Part shown: in pieces, positions 36,875 to 50,324 of the stretch
Layout: every line of letters begins with the position of its first letter
Numbering within the stretch: position 1 is the stretch's first letter
Assembly (NCBI GenBank): GCA_030390025.1
Contig: CM059432.1
Coordinates: 76,758,001-76,822,000 of the forward strand
Reading direction: 5' to 3'
Origin: Squalus acanthias
Lineage: Eukaryota
DNA length: 64,000 nt
The notes under the pieces: model-generated
Database searches by the model: none
What the model saw: only the letters and a program-made list of their open reading frames with translations
Told to the model about the DNA's origin: nothing
Made by a program: the position numbers and the translations under genes

Positions 36875-37580
36875 TATAGAAGTGCATAGAAGTACGAATA
36901 GGGACTCAGGCTATTCGGCCCAACCAGTCCATGACGGCATTTGCCCTCCCCATTTCCCCACTCTGTTCCCATATCCCTACAACCCCCCTTCCTTCATCCA
37001 CCTATCCAATCTAATCTTCAATATTGGCATAGTTTCTGCGTCAACCATTAACCCTGGAAAGGAATTCCACAACCTCACAACTCTCTGTGTAAAGTCTCCT
37101 GTCCTCTGTTCTAAATGTCTGACATTTAATCGTGTATGATGGCCCCTCCATCCTGACCCCTCAACTATTGGAAACAGTTTGCTTCTATCTACCCTGTCTC
37201 TTTTCATAATTATAAACATTTCTGTTATATCGGCCCCCAATCTGTGTTATTCTAATGAAAAAAATACCCAATATTTCAAGTTCCTCTTTCTATTTGTATT
37301 TCCTCATACCTGGCAGCATCCTATTGAATCTGCATTGTACCCTCTCTATTATCTCAACATCCTTCCTATAGTGTGGAGTCCAATATTGCACATAGTACTT
37401 GAACTGAAGTCTTATTAAGGTTGTATATAGGCTCATCATTACCTCTCAGCTTTTATATTCTAAACCTTTTGAGAGAAAACCTAGAATTCTATTAGCTTTT
37501 TTTACAGTCTTATCAACCTGAGGTGTTGCCTTTGATACTCTGTGAACCTGTATCGCTGAGTCCCTCTGCGATTCCACACC
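36875..37580 (-). mobile_element. Degraded CR1 LINE, 3' part
   Basis: Minus-strand ORFs DKTVKKANRILGFLSKGLEYKS and FTQRVVRLWNSFP; CR1 3' stem near 36905-36930. Confidence 0.88.
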
Positions 37581-37646
37581 AAGCCTACTTTCTTTCAATG
37601 CAGTATTTTTTTCAACATCTTTCCATAACAAACCTGATGGAGATCT

Positions 37647-37731
37647 GCACAGATGTTGCCTGATTTGCTGAGTGCATCCAGCATTTTTTGTTTTTATTTA
37701 AAATTTCCAGCATCTGCAGTATTTTGCTTTT
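37647..37731 (+). repeat. Fragment of an abundant elasmobranch interspersed repeat, possibly a Penelope-like 3' end
   Basis: CACAGATG.TGCCTGA.TTGCTGAG...CCAGCATTTT.TGTTTTTATTT...TTTCCAGCATCTGCAGTATTTTGC is recognised from memory of shark repeats; the family assignment is uncertain. Confidence 0.5.
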
Positions 37732-38799
37732 TGTCTGACTGAGATTGTGTTATGACTACTGCTATACTGCAGCTGCCTGTATCAGGCTGGTAGCTATAGA
37801 ATGTGATAGAGTTCTGTGCATGCATGTTTATACATATGCATAGAGTTTCACTTTTAATCATGAGGAGAACATGGGCATTAAATCTCTCCAAACATTAAAT
37901 AAAAAGGTTTTCTAGATAGACCAGTGTACCTCCTGAGCACTTTTAAATTATGACTGTTACAATGGGGTGGAATTAGAAGAAGACTAGCTAGCAGAGGTGC
38001 TGTCATAGCTCTTGCTTTACTGCACTTGAGTGTCAGATCACTGATCAGTCTGCTGAGTTATACTGTCACTTTAACATCATTGCACACCCAAAACTGCTTT
38101 GTAATACCAAAAAGTGTCAGCATAGCTGGAGCTACAAGAAGTCATCCTCCTGGTGGGAAGTCTCATCCACCAGGAGCATGTATCAGAAATTCAACAAGGC
38201 CTGATCCTTGAATTTCCATCTATTAAAATTAATGGTCAGAATTTTGCGGGTCAAATTCCTTCATGCTCCTGGCTGGTGAGGAGCAATATTTTGAAAAATA
38301 GTGTTAAAGTGTCCATTCAGTGTTCTACAATTATATACTAATCTCTTTTCAGTCTGGTTCATATATTAACATAAAAAATATCATTACCTCTGCTGCTTCC
38401 ATATTTTTGGTAGCGATGCTGTAAATAATGATTTTTAGTGTCTGTGATTACTGCAGCTATCTTATTCGTTCCAGGTCTCCAACACTATTGTACAATGTGC
38501 TACAGCATTCTATGTACAGAAGTGCTGATCACAAGACCCAGTAACAGTGAATAGTATTACAACATTTCCAGTGTAGAAGCTTGTGATCATAAGAAATAAG
38601 AATTTTTAGGTACAGAAAAAATCTATTTACGTCAACCAAGCTGTTCATTTTTAGTAGGCTTCTACCCACACCGACTCACCTTCTCAATTTTTCCTTCAAT
38701 TCCTTTTCTCTCCAGAAATATATCTGGTTGCCTCTTGAACCTATTTCAATGGCCTTTGCTGGTAACGTATTCTGTGTAACTGTACAAATTTGATGTACG

Positions 38800-40972
38800 A
38801 TAGCAAGGGTGTCCCGACATTGCAGGCAATGCAGAAAAGGGAAGACTGATACCTAGTTTCAGGCATACAAGATGTGAGGGGAGTTTGAAGCATCCGGGTA
38901 TGTTTACTCTGGAGAAGAGAAGGCTCAGGGGAAATGTTATTTAAGTATTCAAGATCCTTAAGGGAATAGGTAAATTGAATCCTGATAATGGCTGCGATTT
39001 CCCCTACCTCGGTGGGTCCGGGGCGGGCAATGTTGGTGGTGGGTCCTGACCCCGCTGTTGGCTCCAGCCCGCTATGTAGAATGATTTTACGCTGTTTGGG
39101 CTTGTTAAGCCTGCCCAGCGCGTTTGCCGGACAATTGAAGGAAGCGGGTCTGATGACGTCATTTGATGACGTGTCATCAGCCGGTTTCCTTAAAGGGACT
39201 ATGCGCAAATTTATTTTGACAGTTGTGCTGTCAGTGTTCTACAGCATTGAGGTGCTACAAAGACTGACAAGCATTGCACAGAGGTGCAGGGCTGCACCCA
39301 GGCTCTCCCATGACTCCCTCCATATGCTTATGGAGGGAGTCACAGCAGATAGTGAGGTTCTCTTCCCTTCCAATGGGCGGAAGAGACCTCCCCAGGAGAT
39401 CAATGCAGCCTGGTTGCACATTGCACAGGAGGACTCAAGCAGGGATGTCGTCAGGAGGACCAGGCTGCAGTGGCGCAAACCTTTCAATGATCTCAGTAGA
39501 TCACAAAACATTACTGCAAAGCCACACTCAACCTCATCCTGCTGTACACATCCCCATCACTCTGCCTTCCATACCATACTCTTGCACATCCTTACTCACA
39601 CCACTTACCTTGCACCTCCACCCATCCCTCTCTATCTAAATTATCACTTCCCCATCTCACCCTCATCCTAGTCCAATCATACCAACTAACAACACACAAG
39701 GGTAGACACTTGGGTGTGTTAGACAATGTTCATGTAAAGTTTTGGTTAATATGCTGTCAAACATTGAAACCTTTATTTTCAACACTTTGCGTTCTTGGAC
39801 AGATCTGTGTGCACCTTTGGAAGTGGCTTAGTGAGTTGCAGTGAATGGTGAGACATAACGGTACCCCCGCAATGGTGATGAGTGTGAAAGGAATGGCTTG
39901 GGCATTGTAGGGATGCTTTATGGTATTGGTGTGGGGTGGTGCCAACCTGGCGCATCATGTGGCAGCCAGGGTGTACAGCATCAAGTGAAGTAAATCTGGT
40001 CAGGTAAGGCCATCCCTGGTGTCCCGGGCAGCAATGTGGTCAGGTGCTGATGCCCTCTGTCTTGTGCAGCATCAGTTGATTGTGGAGAAGTTTGGTGTTG
40101 TTGTTGGTGCTGCTTGTGTTGGGGCTGATCATGGTGGGATTCTGAGGACCAAGGTTTATTTAGTTTTAAGGGCACAGATGCTGATGTAATAGATGGCAGG
40201 TGAACTTGAGATGACAGAAGCGATCTGTCACTGGTGAGAGAGGTAGTACTGGATAGAGAGTTTGCTCCAAACACTTGCAACCTGCATAAAGCTCAATCTG
40301 CCCTCCAAATGCAGTAAGCAACAGCTTCTGAGCTTGGAAAGTGAACAGCTGTGAGATGGGAGCTTTTATAGCACATTTGCAGCTGTCAAATAATGAGATG
40401 ATTCCATAGTCATACAACTCCCGACCTCCTTACCTGACATGATCCCCGAGCAGCATGGACCTTGTGGGCGACCTCGTAAAATGGGAAGGTGAGCTCAAAA
40501 TACTTTTTAATGGGCTGTTAACAAGGTCATAATGACCTGAATTGCCTCCCCCGCTGCTGCATGTCGGATCTGTTCAGCCCTGACAGACCCGACATCGGAG
40601 AAAGTCGCATGGCGGCGGGTTGACAGCAGGGTCCCGACCCGCTGTCAACATTTTTTTTCCCACCCAACCCGCCACTGAATGCATCCACTGACCCCCCGAA
40701 AAATTCCTCCAATATGTTGATTATTGTCTGAAACTCTAGAATCAGGGGATATGGGCTCAAGCTTCGAAGAGGGAAGGAGCACAGACAGCATTGATCTATT
40801 TTCTTTACACAGAGGGTGATGGGAGTGTGGAATGGTGACAGTAGAAGCAGCTGGTGTTGAATCATTTAAGGGAGCTTTGGAAAGATGTTTGACAACTGGG
40901 AGATTGAGGTAGATTCATTTTTGGTACCAGTTAGTTGGACTGCTGGTCCTGTACTTTCCTATGTTCCTATAG
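38800..40972 (+). mobile_element. Old CR1 3' fragment split by the Harbinger at 38990-40710
   Basis: TTTACTCTGGAGAAGAGAAGGCTCAGGGGAAAT before the insertion; TTCTTTACACAGAGGGTGATGGGAGTGTGGAAT and a CCTATGTTCCTAT tail after it. Confidence 0.75.
38990..40710 (+). mobile_element. Non-autonomous PIF/Harbinger element, sister of 5698-7469
   Basis: Colinear with 5698-7469 over most of its length; Myb/SANT exon at about 39325-39500; AAT on both flanks (38987-38989, 40711-40713); degenerate TIRs. Confidence 0.9.
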
Positions 40973-41387
40973 TCCTACATTCCATAACTCTATTATCTAT
41001 TTGGGTGACAACTATTTGCCTGACTTCACTTCTTACTCCTAACTTCCTGGTATCTGAACTCTTCACAATTGTGAATCATTTAATTTTTTCAATTCCATTG
41101 ATAATCATGAAAACATAGATGAGTTCAAAATCTTCTCTTTGCCAAAGAACACAAGCTCAATTTCCTTAACCTTCTCTCATACCTTAAATTTTCAATACCC
41201 AGATGTTCATTGCGTGTCTCTGTACCCTCTGTATTATGGGGCTTACTGACAGAAAAGGAAAACTGTAGCATAATACAATTGCATCAAGTAAACAAATTGT
41301 TTTCACCTTGACTGACTTAAGAGAAGATTAACCAGATATAACAAAGAGTAAAGCAAAACTTCTTAGAATACAACAATATTTGTCCAG

Positions 41388-41822
41388 GTGTTGGCTGTGG
41401 CTCAGTGATAGCACTCTCTATTCTTAGTCAGAAGGTTGTGGGTTCCACTCCAGAGTCCTGTGCACATATTCTAGGGTGACACTCCAGTGTAGCTGAGGGA
41501 GTGCTGCACTGTCGGAGGTGCTATCTTTCAGATGAGACAAACCGATGCTCCGTCTGCCCCCTCAGCTAGACATAAGAGATCCTATGGCAGTATTTCAAAG
41601 AAGAGCAGGGGAATTCTTCCCTGGCCAATATTTATCCTTCCACCAACATCACTAAAACAGATTAACTGGATACATTGCTGTTTATTCGACCTTGCTGCGC
41701 GCAAATTGGCTGCCACCTTTTCTACATTACAACAGTGGCTACACTGCAAAAAGTACTTCATTGGCTATAAAATGCTTTGGGACAATTTGAGGTCATGAAA
41801 TGCGCTATATAAATGCAATACT
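41388..41822 (+). mobile_element. Near full-length tRNA-derived SINE, DeuSINE/SacSINE1-like
   Basis: Pol III A box TGGCTCAGTGATAG, B-box-like GGTTCCACTCC, central Deu-like body (GGAGTGCTGCACTGTCGGAGGTGC, CCTGGCCAATATTTATCC, CAAATTGGCTGCC) and L2-type tail GCGCTATATAAATGCAA. Confidence 0.85.
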
Positions 41823-42159
41823 TTTTTTCAGAATACATCTTGGTGTGAGAACAAGTAGAAATGAGCAAACTATTTGGATTAAGCATGTTTGGTGGGCCAT
41901 TTGTCATCAACTTTTATTAAAAAAAATACTTTCCACTATTCAAACATCTAAGAGGATTTTATTAATACAGATGGTGTATTATAACTGCTCACAGGTAAGG
42001 ATAAAAGTAAGTTAATGTTAAGTTCTTACAGGCCTCATCAAGAATAATGTGAAAATATTACATCTTGGAACTGTTTGAGTAAATTACATCTAAGTGGAAT
42101 ATTATCAGCTTTACTTAACATTACTAATTATTTGCATATAAGTCCACGTAAATGATTTT

Positions 42160-43820
42160 ATATACAACATCTACTGCACTACCTTCATCAACCCTCTCTG
42201 TTACTTCATCAAAGAACGCAATCAGGTTAGTCAGACACAATTTGCTTTTAACAAATCCATGCTGGCTGCCCTTATTAACCCATGCTTCTCCAAGTGAGAA
42301 TTAATTTTGTCCTTGACAATGGTCTCTAGTAGTTTGCCCACCACTGACATTAGACTGATTGGCCTGTAGTTATCAGATTTATCCCTCTTGCCTTTTTTGA
42401 ACAGGGATGTAACATTTGCAATCCCCTAGTCCTCTGGCACCACTCCAGTATCCAAGGAGGATTAAAAGATTGTGGTCAGAGCTTCTGCTATCTCCATCCT
42501 AGCTTCCCACAGTAACCTCGGATGCATCCCATCTGGACCGGGTGACTTGTTAACTTTGAGTGATGCCAATCTATTTAGCACCTCCTTTCTATCTATTTTT
42601 ATCCTATCCAATATCACTACTCTCCCTCCTCTATTCTGACATTAACTTCATCCTCTTCTTTTCTGAAGAAAGATGCAAAGTACTCATTCAGTACCTCAGT
42701 CATGCCCTCTGCCTCCACAAGATTTCCTTTTATGTCCCTAATCGGCCCCACCATTCCTTTAACGATCCTTTTACTTTTTATATGCTAATAAAAGATTTTT
42801 GGGTTCCCTTTTATGTTACCTTCTAATCTTTTTCATACTCTCTCTTTGCAATTCTTTTGTCCTTTTTCAATTTCCCCCGGCACTCTCTGTATTCTGCCTG
42901 TTTTTCGACTGTAATCTATACCTGACATTTGTCATAAACCTCCTTTCACTGTTTCATTTTTACCTCTATTTCCTTCATCATCCAGGGAGCTTGAGCTTTG
43001 AATGCCCCATCTTTCCTACTTACGGGAATCTGCTTGGTTTGTACCTGAACTATCTCCGCCTTGAAGGCCTGCCATTGCTCATTTACTGTTTTCCAGTCCA
43101 CCTGTGCTAGATCCCTTCTCAAATCACTGAAATTGGCTCTCTTCCAGTTGGATATTTTCACTGTTGCATTTTCTTTGTCCCTTTCCATAGCTACTTTAAA
43201 CCTAATTATAGTATGTTCATTATTACCCAGATGTTCCCCCACTGAAACACACTCCACTTGCTCTACTTCATTCCCCAGAACTAGCTCCAGCACTGCTTCA
43301 TTCCTTGTTGAGCTAGAATCATATTGATTAAGAAAGCTTTCCTGTACACATTTTAGGAATTCTTCACCCTCCTTGCCCTTTACTCTGTTTTTCCTCAGTG
43401 TATATTAGGGTAATTGAAGTCCCCTACTATTACTGCTCTAGTATTTTTATATTACTCTGAAATTTGCCTACAGATTTGCTCCTCAGTCTCCTTCTCACTA
43501 TTTGGGGGTCTATAGTAAACACCCAGCAATGTAACAGCTCCTTTTCTGTTGCTTAACTCTAACCAAGTAGATTCAGTCTTTGAAGCCTCTAGTATATTGT
43601 CCCTCTGTAGAACTGTAATGTTATCCTTGATCAATACTGCCACCCACCCCTTTCTTTTCCCCTTTCCCTATCCCTCATGAATACATTGTAGCCAGGAATG
43701 TTTAGTACCCATTCCTGACCATGTTTAAACCAGGTCTCCGTTATAGCCACTATATCATAACTTGCACCTGTAGCTCGTCATCCTTATTTGTAACACTCCT
43801 CGCATTAACACACATGCATT
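42160..43820 (-). mobile_element. CR1 LINE ORF2 remnant (endonuclease to RT start), disrupted
   Basis: GVYYRPPNS and LELVLGNE...EHLGNNEHTIIRF endonuclease motifs; SPGPDGMHPR and QHGF RT-region motifs on the minus strand. Confidence 0.92.
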
Positions 43821-44299
43821 CCAACACCATGCTAGTCTACATAGTTGCTCGCTTTCCCAGCCACTCTCTCTCCTTATTCCCAGCTTGTTCCTGTCTCGCA
43901 CATGCTTGTATTTTTTCAGGTCTGCCTTTTTCTCTGTCTTGTTTATCTTCCCTTGTTCCTGTGCCTTTCAATTGCTCTGATACCTTATTTCTCACTTGCA
44001 CTGAACTGGAGACTCCTACCTACTGCTGTACACATACTCCTTCAAATGCAACAGGCTATCCAATTGGTAGCATTAATGGCTTCAACTCTCTAACTGTCCA
44101 ACCTTCTTGCAACATAGCACAGAACAAGGCTTCAGCTTCACCTGTGCACAAAGTTATCAAAAAGACATACAGCAGGGTATATGGCATATTAGTAGCAGTG
44201 GGCTATAGATTACTGTTATAAATCATTATGATGTAAAACTTTTTTTTAATTGTATTTTTTCTTGGTTACAACATGTTAACATATATAACATTCATGGCA

Positions 44300-45275
44300 T
44301 ACAACAACATAACATTTATACATGCTTTTAATGTAGTGAAACACCCCACAGCACTTCATAGAGGAGTAAATCAACACTGAGCAGGAATTGGAAGACATTA
44401 GGGCAGATGACTAAATGTGTGGTCGAAGAGATAGCTTTTACAGCTGGGATAGATGTAACAAGGCAGAGTGGTTAAGGAAGAGAATTCCAGAGTACAGGGC
44501 CATTGAAAATGGGGTGGTGGTGAGGACGGGAGGGGTGAAGATGCACAGCAATCTGGACTCTGTGGAGCAAGCTGGAACACAGGGCTGGAAAATGTTTCAG
44601 AGGTACAGCTGGGTATGGTGGAAGGACACAGACAGATTTTAAAGGAAGATGAGGATTTTGTAATCAGTGTGCTGAGAGATGGGGAGTGAGAACTGAGTTG
44701 ATAGGTGTGTGTAACTTAGTATGGGATAGGATGCAGGCAGCAGTGGTTGTGTCTGATAACGCTCCTGTGAAGCACCCTGGGATGTTTTCCTACGTTAAGG
44801 GCTCTTTATAAATGCAAGGTTGTTGTTGTTTTGATGATTTTAAGTTTGTTCCGGGGGAAGGTCAGGAGGCCAGTGAAGCGGGCAGTGGGGAAGGTGAGCT
44901 TAGAGGTAACAATGGTACAGATTTTAGTAGTGGCAGTGGTAAGTTAGGGAAAGAAGTAGGCTATATTTTGGAGGTGTAAGTAGGCAGTCTTGGTAGACTG
45001 GATGTGGAAGTTGAAGCTTAGCTCAAGGTCAAGCAGGACACAGAGAGTGTACACACTTAGTTTCAGCCTCAGCAAGTATTTGAGGAGGGGGGTGGTATCC
45101 ACGTGACGGTGCAGAGCTTCTGGGAAGAACTGAATACGATGGCTTTGGCCATCTCTTACAATGGTTTCTTGTCCAATACTCACTTTGCAGGAGATGGCTA
45201 CATTGGGACTGATAGGAATGGAACCATGAAAGGGCAGTGACACACAGATGAACCATGGAGAAAAGGTGACAAAGA
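44300..45275 (-). mobile_element. Degraded L2 LINE, with a short oppositely oriented L2 tail at about 44752-44830
   Basis: KTAYLHLQNIA and ALSWFHSY motifs on the minus strand; plus-strand tail CCTGTGAAGCACCCTGGGATGTTTT...ATAAATGCAAGGTTGTTGTTG. Confidence 0.8.
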
Positions 45276-45675
45276 GGTTGGTCTAATAATATACATAATT
45301 ATTTGTGGTAGTCAGTGAGCTTTACTGAGTGGCTTAGGTTGTGGATGACCATAGAACTTTATTCTAGGGAGTGGCAGTGATATTAGTGTGTGTTGCTGTT
45401 TCAATGCCAGGGGAGTTTTGGTTTGTCTTTGGGAGTTACCTTTTTCAGGTGAAGTGGGCTGCACTCCAGATACTTGTAGGCATATTTAGTTTCAAAGTAT
45501 GTGCCTTTTGCATATATTTGTTCCAATGTGAATGTTTATATACCTAGGACAGAACAATATGTATAGAGAATACATAGCTTGGGGTAGTAATGCATGAAAG
45601 AAATTACACCACTGATGAGACATCACTCTGACTAAGTTATGACCACTGCAGACAAGAGGGCATTGTGGAGTCCAT

Positions 45676-48493
45676 GGCCACGATTTTGCCGGTGCTCAGA
45701 GGGCGGGTTCGGAGGCGGGTCAGGTGTTAAAGTTGCAATGATTGATGGCGGGTTGGAAACCCGCCACGAACCCGCCTCCGTCTGAGTTTCAGGATTGTCA
45801 GGTCTGCAATCTCACAACAGACCTGACACCAAGCGGCGGGTAAGGGATTTAAAGCACTTAACTCCTTGTTAAGTGCTTGTTGAGAGCTATTTTGACAGCC
45901 TTTTGCAATTTTCCAAGTTTTGGGTCGAGTTTCACGATGTTCGGAGATCACGGTAGGTAAGTGTGTCGGGAATACCAACGAGCTGGAAACTTCACAGCTG
46001 CAATTGCAGTCTAAAAGCTGCACTCTCAAATCTGATCAATTTCAAATGTCAGAGGTTGGTGATTTAACAATTTGGTAGACACATTCTGTGTTTAGGCTGC
46101 AAGTATGTGGTGTTAACTCTGTATCCACTGTAACCTACATTGCTGGACATAAAAGGCGTCCTTACCCTTCACTGTGCCACCTCAAATTGTCAGCACACAT
46201 ATGGCAACGATGTCAAATATTCATGCAACATTAATTTATTGCAACTTAAGAAATGAACAGAAACTTCACAATGAATTCTATCAGCACATCCAAGTGAGAA
46301 CTCTTGTGCTTATTTATGTGTCAGCTTTCTCTTACGCATGATTCTACGTTGTGCTCCCCCTGTGGCTTCAGCAGATGTAGAGAGAGCCTGCTCACTTCCT
46401 GCTGCGCCTGCTTAGACGCCTTTGGTGGTCGTCCTCTGGTTTTTAGTGCCTGTGAAGACCCCGCCAAAGTCTGCTCCACCTGTGGCTGTACAGGAGCAGA
46501 CTCACCCATCACTGCTTGGGTACTCATCTGGGGCTCTGACCGAGGGGTTGGCAAGGGGCTGGAAGTTGGAGCGATTGGAAAGGGGCCCCCACTTGCATTC
46601 TGCCTCCCACCATCATCCCTCTCATGGGCCACCCGCACTTCTCTGCTAGCAAGTAACTGGAGAGCACCTTGCTGCACATCAGTGGGGCCATGAGGATCCA
46701 TCTCTGTAATGATAGTCCTCCTAATGGGGACGTCCATGGACCTCTGGTTCCTCTCCACGATAGATGCCCATCTATCCTCCATAGCTGACCATCTATCTAG
46801 AAGAGTCACCATGTTGGTTTGAGTCTGGCGATTTATGTCCTCCATGGAGGTTGCCATCCTTTCCATGATGGCACCTACATTTGCCATTGCATGCACCACG
46901 GCATTGCTCATGTTTGAGATGGACTTCTCCATTCTCTGCACACTCGAAGTCACCATGGTTGCAAACCCAGTTAGAGCCTCCTGCATCTGTTCCTGAAGCT
47001 CCAGCACCGATCACTTTCTGGATGGCCCCTGAGGCTCAGTGTCTGTATGCAGCTGAGCAGAGCGAGGAGCGTCCTACGGCCTCTGACGAGGACTCTCCAT
47101 GGCTGTCCCTGTCTCCACCATCTGCTCTTGTTCACTCATGCGTGCGATACACCAGGTGACAACAGTACTCTATCTCGCAAATGATCCACCGAGGTGTGCG
47201 TCTCTGCGCTGGTGCTGGATGCGCTCATTGCTGCTGACGCTGCTCCCTCAGAGGATGCAGCATCTCTGAGGAGTCCTCCTGCTCTTCCCCCTGGACAGTA
47301 GGGAGGGGGGCTCTTGATGATCCTGTGGGAGAGTAAAGACAGGAGTTAGACATGTGATATGTAATTTGCAGACACATCCCATTGTGCACATGATGAGCAT
47401 TCAATTTCTATTGACATCAGATGCCATATGTGTCACTCATGAAAGCCAAATAAGATGAATGGAGAAGCATTCTGTCACCAGGTTGTTCAACTGAGCTCGT
47501 CTCTCCGTCCCCCACTTCTAGATGTTCCACCAATCCCACAATTTCGAGAGCCGTCTCCTCGGCATTGGTCAGCGTAACCACGGATGGTGGTCCACCTCCT
47601 GTTCTCTCCCCCTCCCTCTTATTGTGGGATCTCTTTTCCTGCAATGAGGGAAAGAAGTGGAGTTTCAGTGAGAGTGATGGAATGAGTGTAAAGAATGGAT
47701 AGGATAGATGTTTGGAGGGAGACTATGATGCAGTGGGTTCCCATTACCAAGTTCCCTCCTTTTGAGTTGCTGGTTGTTGTCATTGCATAACCTTGAGGGT
47801 GAGTGTGAGGGGTGCATAGTTAGATGGGGAAGTGATTCCATACATAGGGAGAGAGGGCTGGTTGATGGTGCAAGTGATGCTGGGTTGAGTTAGGATGTGC
47901 AGGGGGAGGGTGGGCAATGCAGAGTAATGGGGAAGTGATGACAGGCATAGCAGAATTAAGGTCAGTGTGCTTCTATACTCACTTTTCCTGTGCGCAGGAG
48001 ATCATTGAACCTTTTCCTGCATTGGACCCAGGTGCGTCTTACCATGGACCTGGCACTGACCTCCTCAGCTATTCGCAGCCAGGCTGCCGTCGTCTGCTGA
48101 GGAGGTTTCCTTTTTCCATCTCCCGGGTATAGGACCTCCCGACGACCTCTGACTCCCTCCACAAGAACATGGAGGGATTGCTCATTGAAGCGAGGAGCTG
48201 CCTTCTGTCTCTCTGCAGACATAGTGCGCACCAGCAGCAGTCAGGAGCAGCAGAAACGACTCCAGGTGTAAATGTGAAATGGCCCCCTTAAATACTCCGG
48301 CAGCAAACGCGTCAGCAGAGCAGCTGACCAGACCTGCACCTTGTGACCGGAGCGGGTAACCCACACGGCGGGCTTAACGAGCCCAATTAACCAAAAATTG
48401 TGTCAGCAGGCCGGCTGGAGTCGGCAGCGGGACCGGAACCCGCCGAGCACCGTTCCCGTCGCCAACCCTGCCTCGACAGAGAAATTCGCAGCC
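45676..48493 (-). mobile_element. PIF/Harbinger element carrying a three-exon Myb/SANT gene; transposase largely deleted
   Basis: Imperfect TIR GGCCACGATTTT / GAAATTCGCAGCC; CAT on both flanks (45673-45675, 48494-48496). Confidence 0.88.
46321..48222 (-). pseudogene. Harbinger Myb/SANT gene: exons 48222-47983, 47638-47479 and 47322-46321; frameshift early in exon 3
   Basis: Exon 1 MSAERQKAAPRFNEQSL...AWLRIAEEVSARSMVRRTWVQCRKRFNDL; GT-AG junctions are phase-compatible (0, then 1); a 1-bp deletion near 47263 relative to the 9350-10359 copy gives a premature TGA. Confidence 0.88.
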
Positions 48494-49130
48494 CATGTCA
48501 CAAGTAGGGTCCCTGTTCTCAAATATCCTATTCAAATCATTTTAAAACAGCTCCAGTGGACTGACACACAGCTAGTAATGTGCCACTGGTGTGCACTCCA
48601 CTTGTGTGGAATAATAATATTTTGCACAAGCGCTCAGAGCTTTAAGTTAAAGAAAATTTGTGAGGTCAGTGACTCAAAAGTTTATAGTTTTTTGTGGGAG
48701 TAGACCTTTACTACTTTTTCATTCAATTCCAACATCAAGCACTTCCTGGTCAGGTATATCAGAGCCAGCTGCAGAATGAAGCTCCATCGACTGTGCTCCA
48801 ACAATATCCCTAAGCCCAAACCTTGGAAAACATCCCTTAACAATGGGTGTGACTTTTGCAATTTCCATACCAGCCGTATGCTTTTTCTGAGTAAGATTAC
48901 CAAATAAGTGCTAGTTTATCCTGAATGGTGCATGACCCATGTTTGCGTTGAAGACCCATGTTCACTAGAAACTGGGCTGAGAATGTCCAAACCTCTTTCA
49001 CAGGTAGAGAAAGAAGACTTTTATCTCATCAGTCTGGAATGGATTTGATCCTATGTCCCAGAGGTAAAAGGACAATGTGCTGCCCGACTGCATCACCCTG
49101 TCTCCATAATATATCTATGTATAATATATT

Positions 49131-49874
49131 GGGCCAAAAATTGATCCCGCTGCGCGAGAGTACGCAGTGCGTACTCTCGCGTATTCTGTCACCAATTGCC
49201 GGTTTTCTGCATGCCCTGCGCATGCGCTGAAAACCGGCACTTGGTCTTTGGAAAAGGGGGCGGTTCCTCGGTGCATCGCGTGCGCGCTACAGGCTGCGCG
49301 CACGCTGTGCACTTCGTGCTTTGGACGCGCAGGTAAGGACGGAAGATTTTAGAAATGGAAAAAGGAGGAGTAAGACCCACTTTTAACAAGGTAAGTAGTG
49401 AATTAAGTATTTTTTTGAATTTTTTTTAACAGGTATATCTTTTTTAGAGACTTTAAAGACAGGTAAGTTTATTTTTATAACTTTTTAAAAGATTTTAAAT
49501 TTTTTCAAAAATTTAATTTTTTATTTAAAATGGTTAATTTATTTAACTATACTTATTTTATTAATGTGATGGGTTTTTTAAAAAATTTAATTGAGGTTTA
49601 GCTGTTATTTTGGGGGGGTGTAAGATTCATAGCTTTCACAGCACGTATGTGAAACTTATGAATGGAAGATGGTGTGCTGCCATTGGCTCTAACTGAGTCA
49701 CGTGATCCCACAGCTCGCACGAATTCACGACGCCGGTGGGATACGCAAGCACTGCCCAGCTGATGTCTGGAACATCAAGTTCGTGCGAGCTGGATCTGAA
49801 AAAGCCAACGCGGAGTGAGAGATCGCGCCTGCTCCTTACCCCCGCGGGAACAGAGCGAGATCAATTTCTGGGCC
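49131..49874. mobile_element. Harbinger-type MITE, CpG-rich and hairpin-rich
   Basis: TIR GGGCCAAAAATTGATCCCGC vs GGCCCAGAAATTGATCTCGC (reverse complement of the right end); ATT on both flanks (49128-49130, 49875-49877). Confidence 0.88.
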
Positions 49875-50324
49875 ATTAAGATCGGTATGTCCTGCCCATT
49901 TGCCTGTGATACCTCTAGGTAACGCTCCAAATAGGATTTTCCAATGATGTTTGACTCTGCGGCTGCTGCAGCTGCAAGCCATGGCCACCGTGTGGTACTG
50001 TGGGAACCATTGTATTTTTTCACCTTTTGCTAGCCTGATTCTTTCTGTAATGTTTTTTTTCGTACCAGGTAGGAAACTGAAATTTTAAATTTTGTGTTGA
50101 CTAACAATTAAAAATAAGATCTGTTGCCTTCAAATTTTCTTTCCAGGATAATATTTTGTGTCCCACCAATCGGGCCTACTCCGTCACTGTGGTATTAAAA
50201 TGTTAGCATCTGGCCCTCCTCAGGCTCCCTTGGAAATAACACACTGAGGTCCGTGGCATGAACTTTACATGGCACCCCAATTTTTAATTCCCCGTGCTCC
50301 CTTTACTTTGTTTGGTACATCATA

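Noticed and set aside
38988..39671. 227-aa ORF as a domesticated MSANTD/NAIF1-like gene
   Set aside because: It starts in the TSD/TIR, lies wholly inside a non-autonomous element, and reads through into former intron sequence.
41388..41460. tRNA gene
   Set aside because: The A/B boxes belong to a SINE head; there is no intact cloverleaf.
43721..44221. 166-aa ORF
   Set aside because: Partly antisense to CR1 and otherwise low-information; no domain recognised.
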